Made by a program: the position numbers and the translations under genes. The notes beneath the pieces were generated by a model. It was not told the DNA's origin. It did not search any database and worked only from the letters and a program-made list of their open reading frames with translations. From Entomortierella parvispora E1425 (taxonomy: Eukaryota > Fungi > Mortierellomycota), in NCBI GenBank assembly GCA_020891255.1, contig BQFW01000006.1:2108001-2172000 (forward strand): 64,000 nt of DNA, written 5' to 3'. The stretch's first letter is position 1; each line of letters begins with the position of its first letter. Shown piece by piece: positions 48,348-61,420 of this stretch.

Positions 48348-48604
48348 TTCCTTACTGCCCATTGCCCGGCGCGATTAAAAGAAAGAAACGTGTTCATAGA
48401 TAAAAGGAAAAGCGCTTTTGTTTTTTGTCATGAGAAATGTATTGGGGTTGATTTTTTTTTTATGGGAAAAAAAAAGAGAATATGGAGCTTGGAATCGTAT
48501 AGAGTGAGTGAGGGGAGGTTGGGTTCTATTGGCAGCAAACAAGAGCTGCTGCCGTAGCAACTTTTTTAAGAACAAATAAAAGAGGGGAGGAGGACAACTC
48601 GTAT

Positions 48605-50211
48605 TTAAGCCTTGTTGGCGATCTTCTCGACCTGGTTGATGGACTCGACCAAGATCTGGGACTGGAGCTTGGGGTCGGCGAGGTCGGCCTTGATCTTCTC
48701 GATCATGTAGGCGGCCAACTTGGACTGCTCACGCTCACGGACGGAGGTCTCGTAACGGACCCAGGAGTCCAAGACGGACTTGACCTCAGCGGTCATGGCG
48801 GTCTTCTGCTTGAGCTCGAAGGCCTCGGCCTCAAGCTTGGCGGTCTCCTTGGAGAGAGCGTAGAGGGCCTTGGTGACATCGACGACATCCTTCATCTGAC
48901 CGACCTGGTCGATACGGTCCTCGACAGCGGCCTTGTGGTCAACACGGGCCTTCTGCAAGATGGTGCGGATCTTGTTGATGTGCTCATCAGCCCAGGCGTT
49001 GAAGGGCTCGCGAGCGTTCTTGACGATACCACCGAAGGTGGCAGCGAAGGCCAAGAGAACCAAGGACTCCTCGTTGAAGACGTAGATCTCCTTGGAGATC
49101 AAGTAGGTGGCGGCACCAGCAAGGGCGGTGACGTATCCAGTCTTGGTGATCAAGGAGTTGCCGGGGAGAGAGTCAATGATGCTCTGAGCCTTGGACTCGG
49201 GGGAGACCTGCTTCTCTGAAAGGTGGTCGAAAACAAAAAAGAAAAAAAATGTCAATTAAATGTCTCCTGAAGTGCTTTCGCCGGAAAAGCAGAGTGGATT
49301 ATCAATTGATCCTCCAACAGCACGCCCTTCATGGTTCTGCCCATAGCCCAGGCGTAAAGGCGATTCATGGCGCCAAGTTCGTCACGTCTTCCACACTTGC
49401 TGATCCACAAAGATAATCCCAGTGATCAGTAACCATGTCTGATGTGGTGTCGTATATGCATCAAGTCCAACGAACTCTTCCCCAGATAACAGAGCTTCCC
49501 GTGTGGTAATCCTTGTCCCATGAGGTATGCTCCCCTCTCTTTCTTTTTTGGTGATTCGTTCGTCTGAATGCACGTTATGAATCAAGTGCTAACCTTCGGC
49601 AGAGGTGGCCATGTGGCGGATGCTATTAACGGGATCAGGCAAAGAGAGGTTAGACAACCATTGTTCAGACGTCACATCGGATCATGAGCAAAAAGTATAG
49701 AGATCCATGCATCCAACAGGTACGTACGCAACGGAGGCGGTGGAACGCTGGGCAGCGAGGGCAGGGCGCGCAACTAAGAGTAGATGGAAGGATAGGAGTT
49801 CGAGAATAGGTGATTAGTCGGTTTGATTCGCGAGTTGATCATGTCGATCGGGAGATTGAGGATTTAGGCAGTGAGCGCGAATCTTGATCGGATGCAACGA
49901 TCAAGGTCGGGTGGAACGAGAAGGGAGGGAAGTAGTTGAGTCGCAGATGAAATCTTTCTCGGTAGAAGTAGCGTAGAGGTGGATAGGAGAGACGAGTGAT
50001 GGAGGATTGATGTCATGGAGATTGGCGATGAAGAGGAGGAGTTCAGCCCGAGATGGACCGATTAGACCAGTGCTCGAGTGGTGTGAAGGATGAAATGAGT
50101 GGGGATTCGCGAGAGAGGGAGAGAGTAGGGGAGTAGGGGAGAAGTGGATGGGGATGTTGGTGTTGGTGGTGCGTTACCCGAGGCGCTCTTGGTCAAAAGT
50201 CGAAGGGCCAT
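48605..50211 (-). CDS. ATP4: Mitochondrial ATP synthase subunit b (subunit 4), 4 exons
   Basis: Presequence MALRLLTKSASVARPALAAQRSTASVASIRHMATSA; KAQSIIDSLPGNSLITKTG...ISKEIYVFNEES; VKSVLDSWVRYETSVREREQ. Confidence 0.96.
49258..49540 (-). ncRNA. Candidate intron-encoded structured RNA (possible H/ACA snoRNA) in ATP4 intron 3
   Basis: 378-nt intron that is not CT-biased, with several hairpins (e.g. CUGAUCAC...GUGGAUCAG at 49400-49429), ANANNA boxes near 49445-49455 and ACA+3 nt at 49263-49258 just before the branch region. Folded by eye only. Confidence 0.3.
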
Positions 50212-50720
50212 GGCGAAGGGATGGAGATGGATGATGGAGAGTGGGGAGAGAGAAGAGAGAAGAGGAGAGACTGATGTGATGTACTGACCGACTGCGACTG
50301 TCTGCCTCTGCCAGCCAGGCACACACAGGGACGGGCCGCCCGTGTGCGCGGGACAGGCAGGAAAGGGCCGATTTGAAGTGCCAAACAAACACGTCACCGA
50401 ATGGCATTTGCAGAGTGTGCTGTGCCACTGCAGTGCATCGGACCCTTAAGTCGCATCCCTCTCAAAGGGTGACTGCCCTTTTTGTGTAGCAACAAACAGA
50501 ACATGGCTCCGAAGGGGATCCAGGGCAAGGCAGCACCAGGCAGCACCTCCACGCCTTTTCAGCACCGACTTTCCTCGCAAGGACCCAAAGGTCGCATTCA
50601 CTTTTGCATTCTCCATCTCATTGCATTGCGATCCTCTTCTCCACTCTGTCCATCAGCCCACCCTTGGCCTCGACTTCTCTCCGTCAACATCTCTCTGACC
50701 CACACTCCCTCATAACAAGG

Positions 50721-52668
50721 ATGGCATCCAGAATGTTCAACACGCCGCTGACTAGGACAGCTCCCCAGACTCTTGCTGCCCGCGCCAGGACCCTTCTTCC
50801 TACCCAGTACGCTAACTATGTCACTGCTTCGGCCGTTGTCATGGCTGGTGGAAAGGCCAAGAAAGGTACTATTCTTCGTCTGGAAGACCGAGTACTGCCT
50901 ACGGATCGACTCTGACCTCTCGTTGACTAACCCGATTCGAATCTTTTCACTCTCTGTACCTAAATAGCCAGCGCAAAGGTCAAGCAGCAGTCCAACTCTT
51001 TCCGCAAGAAGAAAGTCGAGGAGGAGGATAAGGGAGAGGTATGGCTCATAGGCAACAATGGATGAACAGGCACAATGGAAGGAAATTGCGCCGTCGACAG
51101 CGGGTCAGAGCGTGCATTAGGAAGCTAACCCGGACCCTTCAATTCTGTTGACCATCGGGCAATTTTAGGGCGGATCGGGAGGAGCTGCTCGTTTGAACGA
51201 AAAATATTACAAGGCTCCCACTCCCGTCAAGGTTGAGGAGTTTCTTCCTGTAGGTGGCTTTATCAACAATTACAAGTTAGATCAATCGCATGAGCGGATC
51301 AAGGAACTTGACAACTGACAGCTGGATTTACTCTCAACCTCAAATTAGTCTACCGCCACCAAGGAGCATGTCGGACAGGTCCTCGGACTTTCCTCCGGCG
51401 TCACCTCTGCCTTGAGCCAGATCGCTTACCCCACCCTTTTGAGCGAACAAGTAAGCGATGATTTTTGAACGCAGCATCGTTCGCATTTTGGTGTCGTAAT
51501 CTTCGAGCTTTGTCATGGAATCTAAATATCCTCTGGCAATACTTGTTAAATAGTTTGACCTGATCAAGCCCGCTGCATTGGTGGTTCGTGAGAAGACTGT
51601 GGACTTGTTGGAGAAGATTGATGCCTCGATGAAGACGCCTTCGGCCGATAACAGGATCGTCCTTACAGGAGAGTCAGGAGCAGGAAAGAGTGCCATGTTG
51701 TTGCAGACCGTCAGCCATTGCCTCAATGCTGGATGGGTCGTTATTTATATCCCCAAGGCCAGCAAATGGATGAACAGTTCGTTTGCCTACAACAAGGTTC
51801 CCAACACCACCAACTTTGTTCAGCCTCTTTTGGCCTCCACCTTTGCTGGTCAGATCAACAGCGCCAACAAGGATGTGTTGAGCAAGATCGTGACCTCAGA
51901 GGACATCACCGTCGGAAGCCATCAGATTGAGAAGGGCACCCCATTGACTCAGCTTTTGGAGACTGGTGTCAAATATCAGGTTGCTGCCCAGGATGTCATT
52001 GAGGCCTTCATGAAGGAGTTGAATGCCCAGAAGGAGTAAGTTTCGATTTAATTGACTAGACCTTCACATAGACAATAGGTGAAGTCCACAAACTAATCTA
52101 CTGTTGCACTCTAGGATCCCCACTTTGATCGCCATCGACGAGGTCAACACTTTCTTCCGCCCAACAGAATACTTGAGCCAGGATGCCAAGCCATTGGACC
52201 CTGAGCAATTGAAGCTCCCCAAGCTTTTCTTGAACTACATCTCTGGCAAGAACTCTTTGAACCACGGAGCTGTCTTGTCAGCAACTAGCGATAGCTTGTT
52301 GGCCCAGAAGAGCGAGGTTTTGGAAGTGGCTTTGGGCGTTAAGAGCGTTTCACCTTACAAGAGCTTCTCGCAGACGATCGCTCCCTGGACCCAGGGCTTG
52401 ACTCGCTTCGAGGTACCAAACTACACAACAGAGGAGGCCAAGGGCATCTTTGATTACTACAAGAAGGCCAACGTCTTTTTCGATGGTAAGCTGGGTTTCT
52501 TTAAAACCAACTGGTCCTGTGGTGCGAGTTCTCAGTTCAACTTCAAACTAATTTCCTCCCTCTTTTTCACTATCAACAGCTGCGTCAGAAAGTCTGTTCA
52601 TGAGCAAGTTTATCACCTCGAACGGAAACCCTCGCAAGTTCTTCACTTCCTGCGCAAAGGGAATCTAA
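50721..52668 (+). CDS. RSM23: Mitochondrial small ribosomal subunit protein mS29 (DAP3/Rsm23), multi-exon
   Basis: P-loop VLTGESGAGKSAMLLQ; GWVVIYIP; PTLIAIDEVN; VPNYTTEEAKGIFDYY; terminal SNGNPRKF. Confidence 0.93.
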
Positions 52669-52958
52669 ATAAGTTGGAGTAAGAGCCATTGTAAAAGGCG
52701 AGGAGGAACGAGGATAGTCGGACGTGAGGTCCATAGAATTATTATTTTTTTTTACAACCATATCAATCCTGTAGAAAAGAAGGCCTGTTTTGGGCAACAC
52801 CAGCAAAACTTCAGAAAAACATAAAAAAGTTGCATCTTCCAATCTTTGTCCTTCTGTTCAAAAAAAAAAGATGTAATTTATTTACAAATACGACAGGAAG
52901 GGAGAGGATGAGAAGGGAGAGGATAAGAAGGGACAAAGGGATCAGCAGCCGTAGCAGT

Positions 52959-53895
52959 CTAAGCGGTGTTCTCACCCAAGATAACAACGGTCGGCCAAGT
53001 GATCTTTACTTCATCTTCGTTCTTGAGTCCTTCTTCTTCCATGATCTTGTCAATGGTGGCATCGACAATATCCGGACGTTCGGGATATTTCTCGGAATAG
53101 TTCTTGTAGCTAGACCAGGTCTTGATGTAATGTCTGAAATGATCCATTGTCACTCTGCCTTCCATGACCTGAGGCAATCCACCCTTGTTGTCGGGGAAGT
53201 AGTGACGCTCGACATTCTTCATGGGCACTTCAATGGACTTGTACTGGTTATCAAGGATCAAACGACCCCAATCCCAGCAAGTGCCCAATTGATCGGGTTC
53301 ATTACCCAGATCCTGAATTCGCTTTGTGGCCCGAGGGTGGTCCTCAAAGATCACAAAGGAATAACCCACAGCCGCAAACGTGCCTCTGGGCTTGAGCACC
53401 CGTTTGACCTCTGAGAAGAACTTTGGGTGATCGAACCAATGCATCGCCTGGGCCACCGTCAAAACATCGACCGAGGACGAGGGCAGGGCCGAGAGATCCT
53501 CGCCCTTACTGCAGTGATACTCAATGTTGGGCTTCTTGACCGCAGCCTCAAGCATGGTCGCGGACGCATCTACTCCATGGACTTGACGGAATTTCTCGGC
53601 AAGCACAATAGCGACCTGACCAGTTCCTGGCAGCAGTGAAAAAAAAATGAAAAAAAAAAAAAAAAAAAAAAATGTGAGAACTTCTGTGCGCCCCGATAGG
53701 TAGGATCCTGCAGATAAAGTAGAGATTAAGGAGGAGAGTGATGTCTTTACCAGTTCCGACATCGACGGCCGTGTCAAAGACACCGTTGTGCTGCGCGTGG
53801 TAGTTGTATATCATCTTGAAGAGGTTGGGGTTGTAACCAGGGCGGAAAGACTGGTAGAGGGCGCTGTTGAAGGTCTTGCTGGAGAAGGTCGCCAT
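52959..53895 (-). CDS. Class I SAM-dependent methyltransferase (Tmt1/Crg1-like), 2 exons
   Basis: YQSFRPGYNPNLF; AVDVGT|GTGQVA; GVDASATML; VDVLTVAQAMHWFD; VKRVLKPRGTFAAVGY; IKTWSSY. Confidence 0.92.
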
Positions 53896-54456
53896 TTTGT
53901 GGGTGTTGTTGTTCTTGCTATTGTTTGCTGCTGTTGAGTTGGGTTGGTGTGTGGGGTGAATGAGGAATGAATGGAGAAGAGGATGTGCTCTTTTATAACA
54001 AGGTAATGGCCATCAAGCTTTTTGTTTGCTGTGACCATTGCAGATTCCCTTGCGGCCTTCCGAAACCAAACAGCGCAGGCGTGCCGATTGATATTTGTCC
54101 CACGCTGCAGTGCACAAAAACACAAGGGCAATGACGACGACAACGACGCCAGGCTCTGACCCGTTGGCTGGAGAATGAGCAAAAGGAAGAAATCAATTAG
54201 GTTTTCCCGGGCAACTGCACTCCCTCTTTGTTTGCTCCTCTGCCTTTCCTTTGACTGATCGGCGTTGAGTTGACGGGCTTGCACCCAACGGATCAAGGAA
54301 TGCCAAATCAGGAAAACCGGAGTTCAAGCTTGGATGCCGCATGCATGTTCGTGTGTCAAAGCGCACGATCAAAACTTCGCAGCGTCTGTCCATACCATAT
54401 TGACGCTAAAAACGACCCGTGCATTATGTTTCGATCTATGATTTTATTCGTTCTTT

Positions 54457-56832
54457 TCAATTGCTTGTTCGTTCGCTCGCGTTCTCAAAGACTTGCACCT
54501 CGGGCCGGAACTTCTTGATGAACCCGTTAATGATCACCTGCTGGTTCCTTCGATCCCCTGCTCTCTGCTCAATTAGGAGCCTCTTCAGCTGCGGCCATCG
54601 CTGTTCAGGAGGAATGATGGCTGCCATCATCTCCCTTCCCGCGCCAGCCTGATAGACCTGTCGACGACCGGAGCCTCTTGACAATGTGGGAGAAGGCGGT
54701 CTCGTCAAATCTTCCTTGGATCGCTCCGAGAGATCCATGCTGATGGCGGTATGGCTACTGGCCGTGCTGATCTCGCTCAAGTCACTAAAAGTCCTCACGG
54801 CCGTTGCCGTTGTGGCAGTGGTAGTCATGGTCATGGTATCCTTCGAAATGATGGTCGATTTGACTTCAGGCGACGAAAGCCCGACCATTCTCAAGCGAGA
54901 TCGTATCAAGGACGGATCGCTCCTGGCACAATCCGGGATCCCCAACCATTCATATTGGGCACGCATGGCGGCCTCGAACCGTGAATTGTTCGTCGACATC
55001 ATGTCCGCCAGTCGCTGCAACCGTGTCGGCTCCTGAGCCATCCAACTGAAATCCCACAGGTTCAACAGCGTATCAAACGAAGGGACCCGGACATGCAACC
55101 GCTCCAGATCTGGCAACCCCGTCAACAAACACAACCCTCCATCCAAAGTACAATCCAGTCCTGGACGTTCCAACGTGATCTTGGTCAGACGAGGACAGAC
55201 CTTGGAAAGATAGCCAAACAGGATTCTAGACGATCGTCGGGCATCCTCGAGGGAGGCTGTTGGATCCGGACGTGGAGAGACACGGAGGTGGACTTCCTTG
55301 AGGTTTCGACAACCCCAAACCTTGACTTCATTTCTTGAGATGAACGGCCCGGCTCCTCCACCTTCTCCAATCTCGTCGCTTGCCCCTGATTCTGCCTCAA
55401 AAGTCTCATCTTCCAACTTTTGGAGAGCACATCCTAGATCCAAGTACTGCTCCCCAAAGACTTCGACCGTACAAACCAACGTTTCAAGCGAGACAGCCGA
55501 ACACAGAAACTCATGGAGAGCTCGCATCTCGAAGGTCATGGACGATACCCCCGATAGAAGATCAAGTCGGGTCATGGTTGGAATCCGGGGCTCAATGGCC
55601 ATCAAAAGTACTCTGGACATGCAAAGATAAGGGATATTCAGCTGTTGAAGCTGCGTCAACGGCCCTAGCGCCCCTGTCAATTCATTCCCCCGAAAAAAAG
55701 TCGCGTCATATTTGAGGCTCTTCAGCTTTGGACAAGAAGAGGCCAGAAGATCCACAAACGCGACAGAGTCTTTATGACCACTGTTGCTGTCGATAATCCA
55801 GGTGGAGGGAGGAACGTTGTTGGCTGATGTCAAGGTCGAAGTGGTCCACGTGGGCATGGGCGTATCATAGACTTGTGGCGCGTGAATCTGCGTGAGGGCC
55901 AATTCATTTAACGAGGGCGAATGCAGGATAAGATCCTCGAGGATCCTGGGATGAATAGTCACTGTGTGTAACACGACACGCTCCAGTCTAGTCTGCCGTC
56001 CCTGAAGGAGATGCCAGCCCTCCCGCTCCTCCTCGGCCGAGGACACGGCCGCAAAGAGACCCTTCTGCCGCAGGTTCAGTGTCCTCTCGGACGGATTGCG
56101 GACCTCTAGAACCTGAAGACGAGGACATGTACGGAAGAGGCTCTTCAGGGTAACCCTGGACAAATCACATCCCTCAAAGCGGACAACTGTCAATTGAGGT
56201 AAAGTGGCAAAGAGGGGGAGTAACCTTGAGCGGACATGAATTGACCCGCGACAGTCAAACAACCGGATTCTGGAACTCCCGCTTCCGTTGCTGATGGACT
56301 GGACTCGACCAGAGGAAACGATTCGATCCCGAAGACGTCTCCAGGGCACATCAACCTCGACCATCTCCTCGTAGTACATGGTCTCGAGTCGATAATGAAA
56401 CTCTGTCACCACGCCGAGCCTTTGCAGGGTTTCGCTGTACTCCTTGGCGACAGGATGTTCGACCCAATGGGCTGAAAAGTCCAGATGGGCCGTTGATGCC
56501 CTGCACCAGTCCCTGGAGACTAAACGCGCCCTGAGACGATCGCGGGACGGGACAAAGGAGAGAATCCGCTCGAGGACCTCCGGGATTAAAAAGACAACTG
56601 GCGTTGAACCCATGGAGGTCCTTGCACTGTCACTTTTGTTTTTACAGTTCCGGCTTTGGGTGCGCTTATGACTACTGTGCTTTGCTTTGAGGCTGTTCTT
56701 GGAGAAGCTGGAGCGCGGGGAGAGAAGAAGAAGGTGATATGGTTTGGAGGAAGATGATGAAGAGGTTGTGGTAGTGGTCGTGGTCGTAGAGGAGGAGGAG
56801 GACCGGTGATGGGTGCTGAATAACCAAACCAT
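54457..56832 (-). CDS. F-box / leucine-rich-repeat (RNI-like) protein, intronless; start at 56832 or 56613
   Basis: F-box VFLIPEVLERILSFV...ARLVSRDW; LRR-like repeats (LFRTCPRLQVLEV, ASSCPKLKSL); WGCRNLKEVHL and LFGYLSKVCPRL...GGLCLL. Confidence 0.88.
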   Translation of the reverse strand: MVWLFSTHHRSSSSSTTTTTTTTSSSSSSKPYHLLLLSPRSSFSKNSLKAKHSSHKRTQSRNCKNKSDSARTSMGSTPVVFLIPEVLERILSFVPSRDRLRARLVSRDWCRASTAHLDFSAHWVEHPVAKEYSETLQRLGVVTEFHYRLETMYYEEMVEVDVPWRRLRDRIVSSGRVQSISNGSGSSRIRLFDCRGSIHVRSRLLPLFATLPQLTVVRFEGCDLSRVTLKSLFRTCPRLQVLEVRNPSERTLNLRQKGLFAAVSSAEEEREGWHLLQGRQTRLERVVLHTVTIHPRILEDLILHSPSLNELALTQIHAPQVYDTPMPTWTTSTLTSANNVPPSTWIIDSNSGHKDSVAFVDLLASSCPKLKSLKYDATFFRGNELTGALGPLTQLQQLNIPYLCMSRVLLMAIEPRIPTMTRLDLLSGVSSMTFEMRALHEFLCSAVSLETLVCTVEVFGEQYLDLGCALQKLEDETFEAESGASDEIGEGGGAGPFISRNEVKVWGCRNLKEVHLRVSPRPDPTASLEDARRSSRILFGYLSKVCPRLTKITLERPGLDCTLDGGLCLLTGLPDLERLHVRVPSFDTLLNLWDFSWMAQEPTRLQRLADMMSTNNSRFEAAMRAQYEWLGIPDCARSDPSLIRSRLRMVGLSSPEVKSTIISKDTMTMTTTATTATAVRTFSDLSEISTASSHTAISMDLSERSKEDLTRPPSPTLSRGSGRRQVYQAGAGREMMAAIIPPEQRWPQLKRLLIEQRAGDRRNQQVIINGFIKKFRPEVQVFENASERTSN

Positions 56833-58416
56833 TTTCGTTTACTTTTTTCTTTCCTCTTTTTTTTCTTTTTTTCAGAGGGTGCTGAACGAGCGGTTGGCAA
56901 AAAAAAACAAGGAATGGGATTAGAATGCAAGAAGAGTGAATGAGCAAAAAAGAACGTGGTCGAATGGCAAACAGGAGAGGAAAAGGGGGGGGGGGGGGGG
57001 GGTAAAGTAAAGTCGTGGTTGAGCACCAGGAGGGAGGGGAGGGAGGGGGAAGAGCTTCAAGATAAAGAAAGAACAAGTTGGAGCGGTTTTTTCTTTTTGT
57101 TTGTCGGCAAGAAAAGGGCAAGAGTAAAAAAAAGGGCAAGGGGGGACCACAGCAGAACGCGACACAGAAAAGAAGGGGGTGGGGGTCGAGAGCAACGTAG
57201 GACAGACAGTAGCAGCAGATGAGAGAGAGAAGAGAGAGAGGAGAAGAGGAAGATAAAGCAAAAGCGCTCTTTGTGCGCACCCCCCAACCACCCACCGTCA
57301 TCACCCTCATCCATTTACTTCTACAGTAGCTTTCTTTTGTTCGTGCCCACGGATACTCACAGCCGCGGGTACCCAAAGAGGAAAAGTCCGCTATCTTGTT
57401 CGTCTCAATTAATACCAAGATAGCAGAAAAAATGAAGAAATGAGATCAACAAAGTCCAAGAAAGCAATTACAGTTCATCGCCAGGAAGAGACATCGCAAG
57501 CCATGACCCGTCCCCAGCCATGAAAAAGGAACCCACGCCAGCCAAGGCCGATGGCACAGATGGTGTGCACTGCATGTCGCGGGGGTACAAACAGGCCGGA
57601 GAAAGAGCTGCTTCGGCCTGCTTGGCCTTTTTCTCTTTTCTCTTGCTTGTCTAGCTGACCCGCGGGCGCCAGGATGTCTCCTTTCCCGTGTTTTTTTATA
57701 AACTTGGTTCAATTGAATCCATCGGCAAGGTTCAATTGATCGGGCTGTTTGCGTGGGCAAAGACGCGAGTTGTCTTTTTTTATGAAAAAGCAGAGTAGCC
57801 GTTGGAGGACCCCGCCTGCTTTGCAACAACAGATTGAAGAAAAACGTGTCTCCCTTTCAACTGCTAGCCTCTTCTTCATTACCCATGCCATGCGCTCCTC
57901 CCTGGCCCTGCCTTGCTCCCCCTTGTAATTCAAGTGCATTCCCCAGTCTTTGATCGCCTCTCTCTCTCTCTATCAATCTCCCTCTCCTGGAAAATGGAAA
58001 ATGGTCCGTTCGCTTGGCGCCAGCCTTGTTTGTTTGTTGTGCGATCAGATTCAGGCACCAGGAATAAGAAGGAAAAAAAAAGAAAGAAAGAAAGAAAAAA
58101 AAGTTCTTGCTTGCGCCACTAATCTTGAAGTGCAGCACATCTTTTGGTCTCACAAAACGAGCCTAGGAGACGCGACTTCCAAGGGAAGATGACCGAGCAT
58201 CAGGATCATGTGGATCTTACAGTCACAAGGGCACACCCCTGGCGGCAGCTCCTTCCTAGATGTTGTGCCAGAGGCGGAGCAAATTACATGCTGTATGGTG
58301 ATCGGTTTATTTTGAGAAGGGAGAGAAAAAAATGAAAAACGCAACGCAAGAAGAGGAAGGAAAGAAGCGAAAAAGCGGGTAAAAAAACAGTCGACGAGGA
58401 GGAACAAAAAAAAACT

Positions 58417-61400
58417 CTACATGGCCTCGTTAATGATTGTAAATGCGTTCTTAAAGACATCCAACATTGCTTTGCACTTTGCACGCTCTGCACTCAGGTT
58501 GTCGTCCTCCTGGAGCAGGTCATTGAAGAGCTCCTCTTTGTAGAGAGCTGCCACCAAACGGTTCTGCACTGCCTCGCGAGAGTAGTTAACGAGCAAGTGC
58601 ATCACAGCCTTGGGGACAAGATCCTGGATCGACTTGCGAGTGATGTTGAAGTACGACGTGATCAAGGAGCGGATCAGCTGCGTCTCCATATCCTCGCGCT
58701 CGTTCAAACCAGTGTAGTCGTCGTGGTCAGCAGCGTGGTCAACCTTGCGCTCAAAGTCGATAGGCTCGCCGTCGAGGACAGTCTTGGGCATGACCATCTC
58801 CTTGGCCACATTGTGAACATTTCCAGAGCGGTGTGGGTTTTCCTGCAAGGTGGGTCTATCCATGCGCTGCTGAGGTCCAAAAAAGTAGTTGAGGAAGGTA
58901 TCTTTGCTGGGAGCGTTGGGACCAGGATGCGATCCATTCAAAGAAGACGTGGATGAGTTGGAGGGGTGGTTCAGATGACTGAGCTTCTCACGCTCGCGGT
59001 CACCTCTCTCAGCAGCCTGGTGGACAGTAAGGTTGGTCATGGCATTGCTCAAAGTCTTCTCCCCAGACTCCTCTCTATGGTTAGGAGAGTCACCACCATT
59101 TCCTGCAAGAACCATGTTAACAGTGCTCAAACGTCTGGTGCGCTCCATATCCTGCTTCTTCTTCTGCGATGCCCTCTCAATAGCAGACATTGCGCCGCCA
59201 CCACCAATAAAGTCGGGGTGGTTGGTGTTGATGTACGAGCGCTGGATGCTGATCAAGCTCTCGACATAGTCCGAAGTGGGTCCCAAGCGCTCGCGCAAAA
59301 GGTCAGAGACAACCTCAATGAGCTTGGCATGGAATCGGGGGAATCGGGCAAGTTCCTATATGGCAGTGTCATTCAGCAAGGGATGAGCCTCTGTTTCACA
59401 ACCAATGGCATCTCCTAGAGTCAATAGTCGCAATCCTTACCTTGGCGCCGCAGCTGTGGCAAATCTTGACAAGCTCCTCATAAGCGAGTTCAACGCATCT
59501 CAAACTTGGGGGCTCGAGCAACTTGATCTGGGGCTTGACCAGCAAGTCAAATGCAATCTCGGGCACAAACAATGAGGGTCTTGGTCCAGTCGAGTTGCGA
59601 ATAGCAGTGCGAATATCGTGAACAGTCAAGTTTTCACAAGGGTTGACAGAGTCCAACGCAGCGCCAAAGACGTTATTAAAGATGTAGTAGATCCTGGCAC
59701 CGCCGCACAGCTCCTTGGTCGAAATCTCAGCAGAGGTTCCGTCGATGGCAGCAACAAAATCACTTGCAAATCTGGTCAGCAATTGAAGGATAAGAGAGCC
59801 CTAATAGGAACATTTAACAAGATATGATATTAGTTTACATCGAGTATTGTAATTTCAAAATAGCCTCCCCTCCCATTACATCTCGCCCGAGTTTGAGGCT
59901 CCATTCAGATACAAGTTCTTACCCTGTGAGCCTTTCCAGTGAAACTTGGGTCGCCATAAGACGACAACTCCTGCTGCGTCTGTCCAATAAGTGAGTTCAG
60001 CTTGGCCTTGATATCAGGCAGCTTGTCACGAATATGGTTCATCAAGATCTAAACATAATTCAGTCCAAAAGTCAGTTCACTTGCCAGCCTCCAAGGGCAT
60101 GCTCCAAAGGTCAAAATGTTCGAATTCCGAACACACATACAGAATTGAGATTCTTGGCCAAAAAGTTGGTTCCGCAACGATGAGCAATGGCACGGTAGGC
60201 AGGATGGCTTTGGAAAAACTCCGTCTCGCTCTTCAGTGCATCAGCCATAGGCTTGTTGGCAATGATATCCGCCTGACTGCGGTTCACAACTCCAATGAAT
60301 CCAAGCTTGAGGGGATAGGCTCTTCCGGAGAGGATATCCAGCGAGTTGGTACCAGCATCCATAAGATCCAGCTTTGTCAAGACCCCGATAGTACGCTTTG
60401 CCTCAGGATCAACATGGCGAGCGAGCTTGAGACTGTCCGAGTTGGCAAGGTCCACGTTTGCTGGCGACACGGCCAAAATAACACTGGTTGTCAAACGATG
60501 CAAAAAAATAAAATAATGCAGGTCAGCGTCTGTGCGCCTTCCGTTCCGAAATTGATCATCTTTCCGGTTTCTCTGGGCGAAATCGAGTCGGTTCTCCCTC
60601 CTGGAACCACAGTCCGTCATCATTACCTGTTGGGCTTGAGAATGTAGTCCAGAATGAGGTTACGGGTCTGCTTTTCAATATCCGTGGGTTGATCGCCTAA
60701 TCCATAGCAATGTCGGAGACGGAAATGACAGGAAACGGGGTCAATCATCGTGAAGCAAAAGTAAAAAAGGCAAGAATTCATGCATCGGTCAAAGAATCAA
60801 ATCTGCCCCCGGTGGCAGTGTGGCAGACAAAAGGGCTCCATACCAACTGGGATCTAGAGCGAAAAACAACAGCAGGTGATGGGTTAGAGTGTGTAACCAA
60901 TCTCCGTTTTCGCCACATAATAAACACTGCTCAACAGCCCTGTTCTATCCTGTAACCATACCTTTGTTACTCCGGGCAAGTCAACAAGAGTCAGGTTCAA
61001 GACGTTCCTGGAAAAGATCTTGAGATGAATAGGCGTCCTGGAGATAGCCTTGTTCTGACCTGCAACACGAGCGGTCTCGGCTTCAATCTCCTTGCGGACC
61101 TCTTCAAAATCGAAAAACTGTTTGTTGGGAAGGTGCAAGAACTCTGCACGGTCCGGGGCTTCGTTAACGGAACCGTCCGAAGAGACAGAGGAAGGGAGCG
61201 AGCTCATGTGGGTGTTGACCAATTGGAGTACAAGAGGTCGGCGGGTGACGACTCCATTGCCTCTGGGGAGGAAATCCTTCTGCACAATGGTCTCCAAGAC
61301 GGACGACTTTCCGGAGGACTGAGATCCTACAACCACAATCTGCGGCAGGTCGATTTGCTCGCTTCCGATGGTGTTGAAGACATCCTGCAGCTTGTTGACG

Positions 61401-61420
61401 AGGGGGATTAGGTCATTCAT
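58417..61420 (-). CDS. DNM1: Dynamin-related GTPase Dnm1/Drp1 (mitochondrial fission), multi-exon
   Basis: [20 protein letters not shown]; [11 protein letters not shown]; [10 protein letters not shown]; FLNYFFG; [42 protein letters not shown]. Confidence 0.93.
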
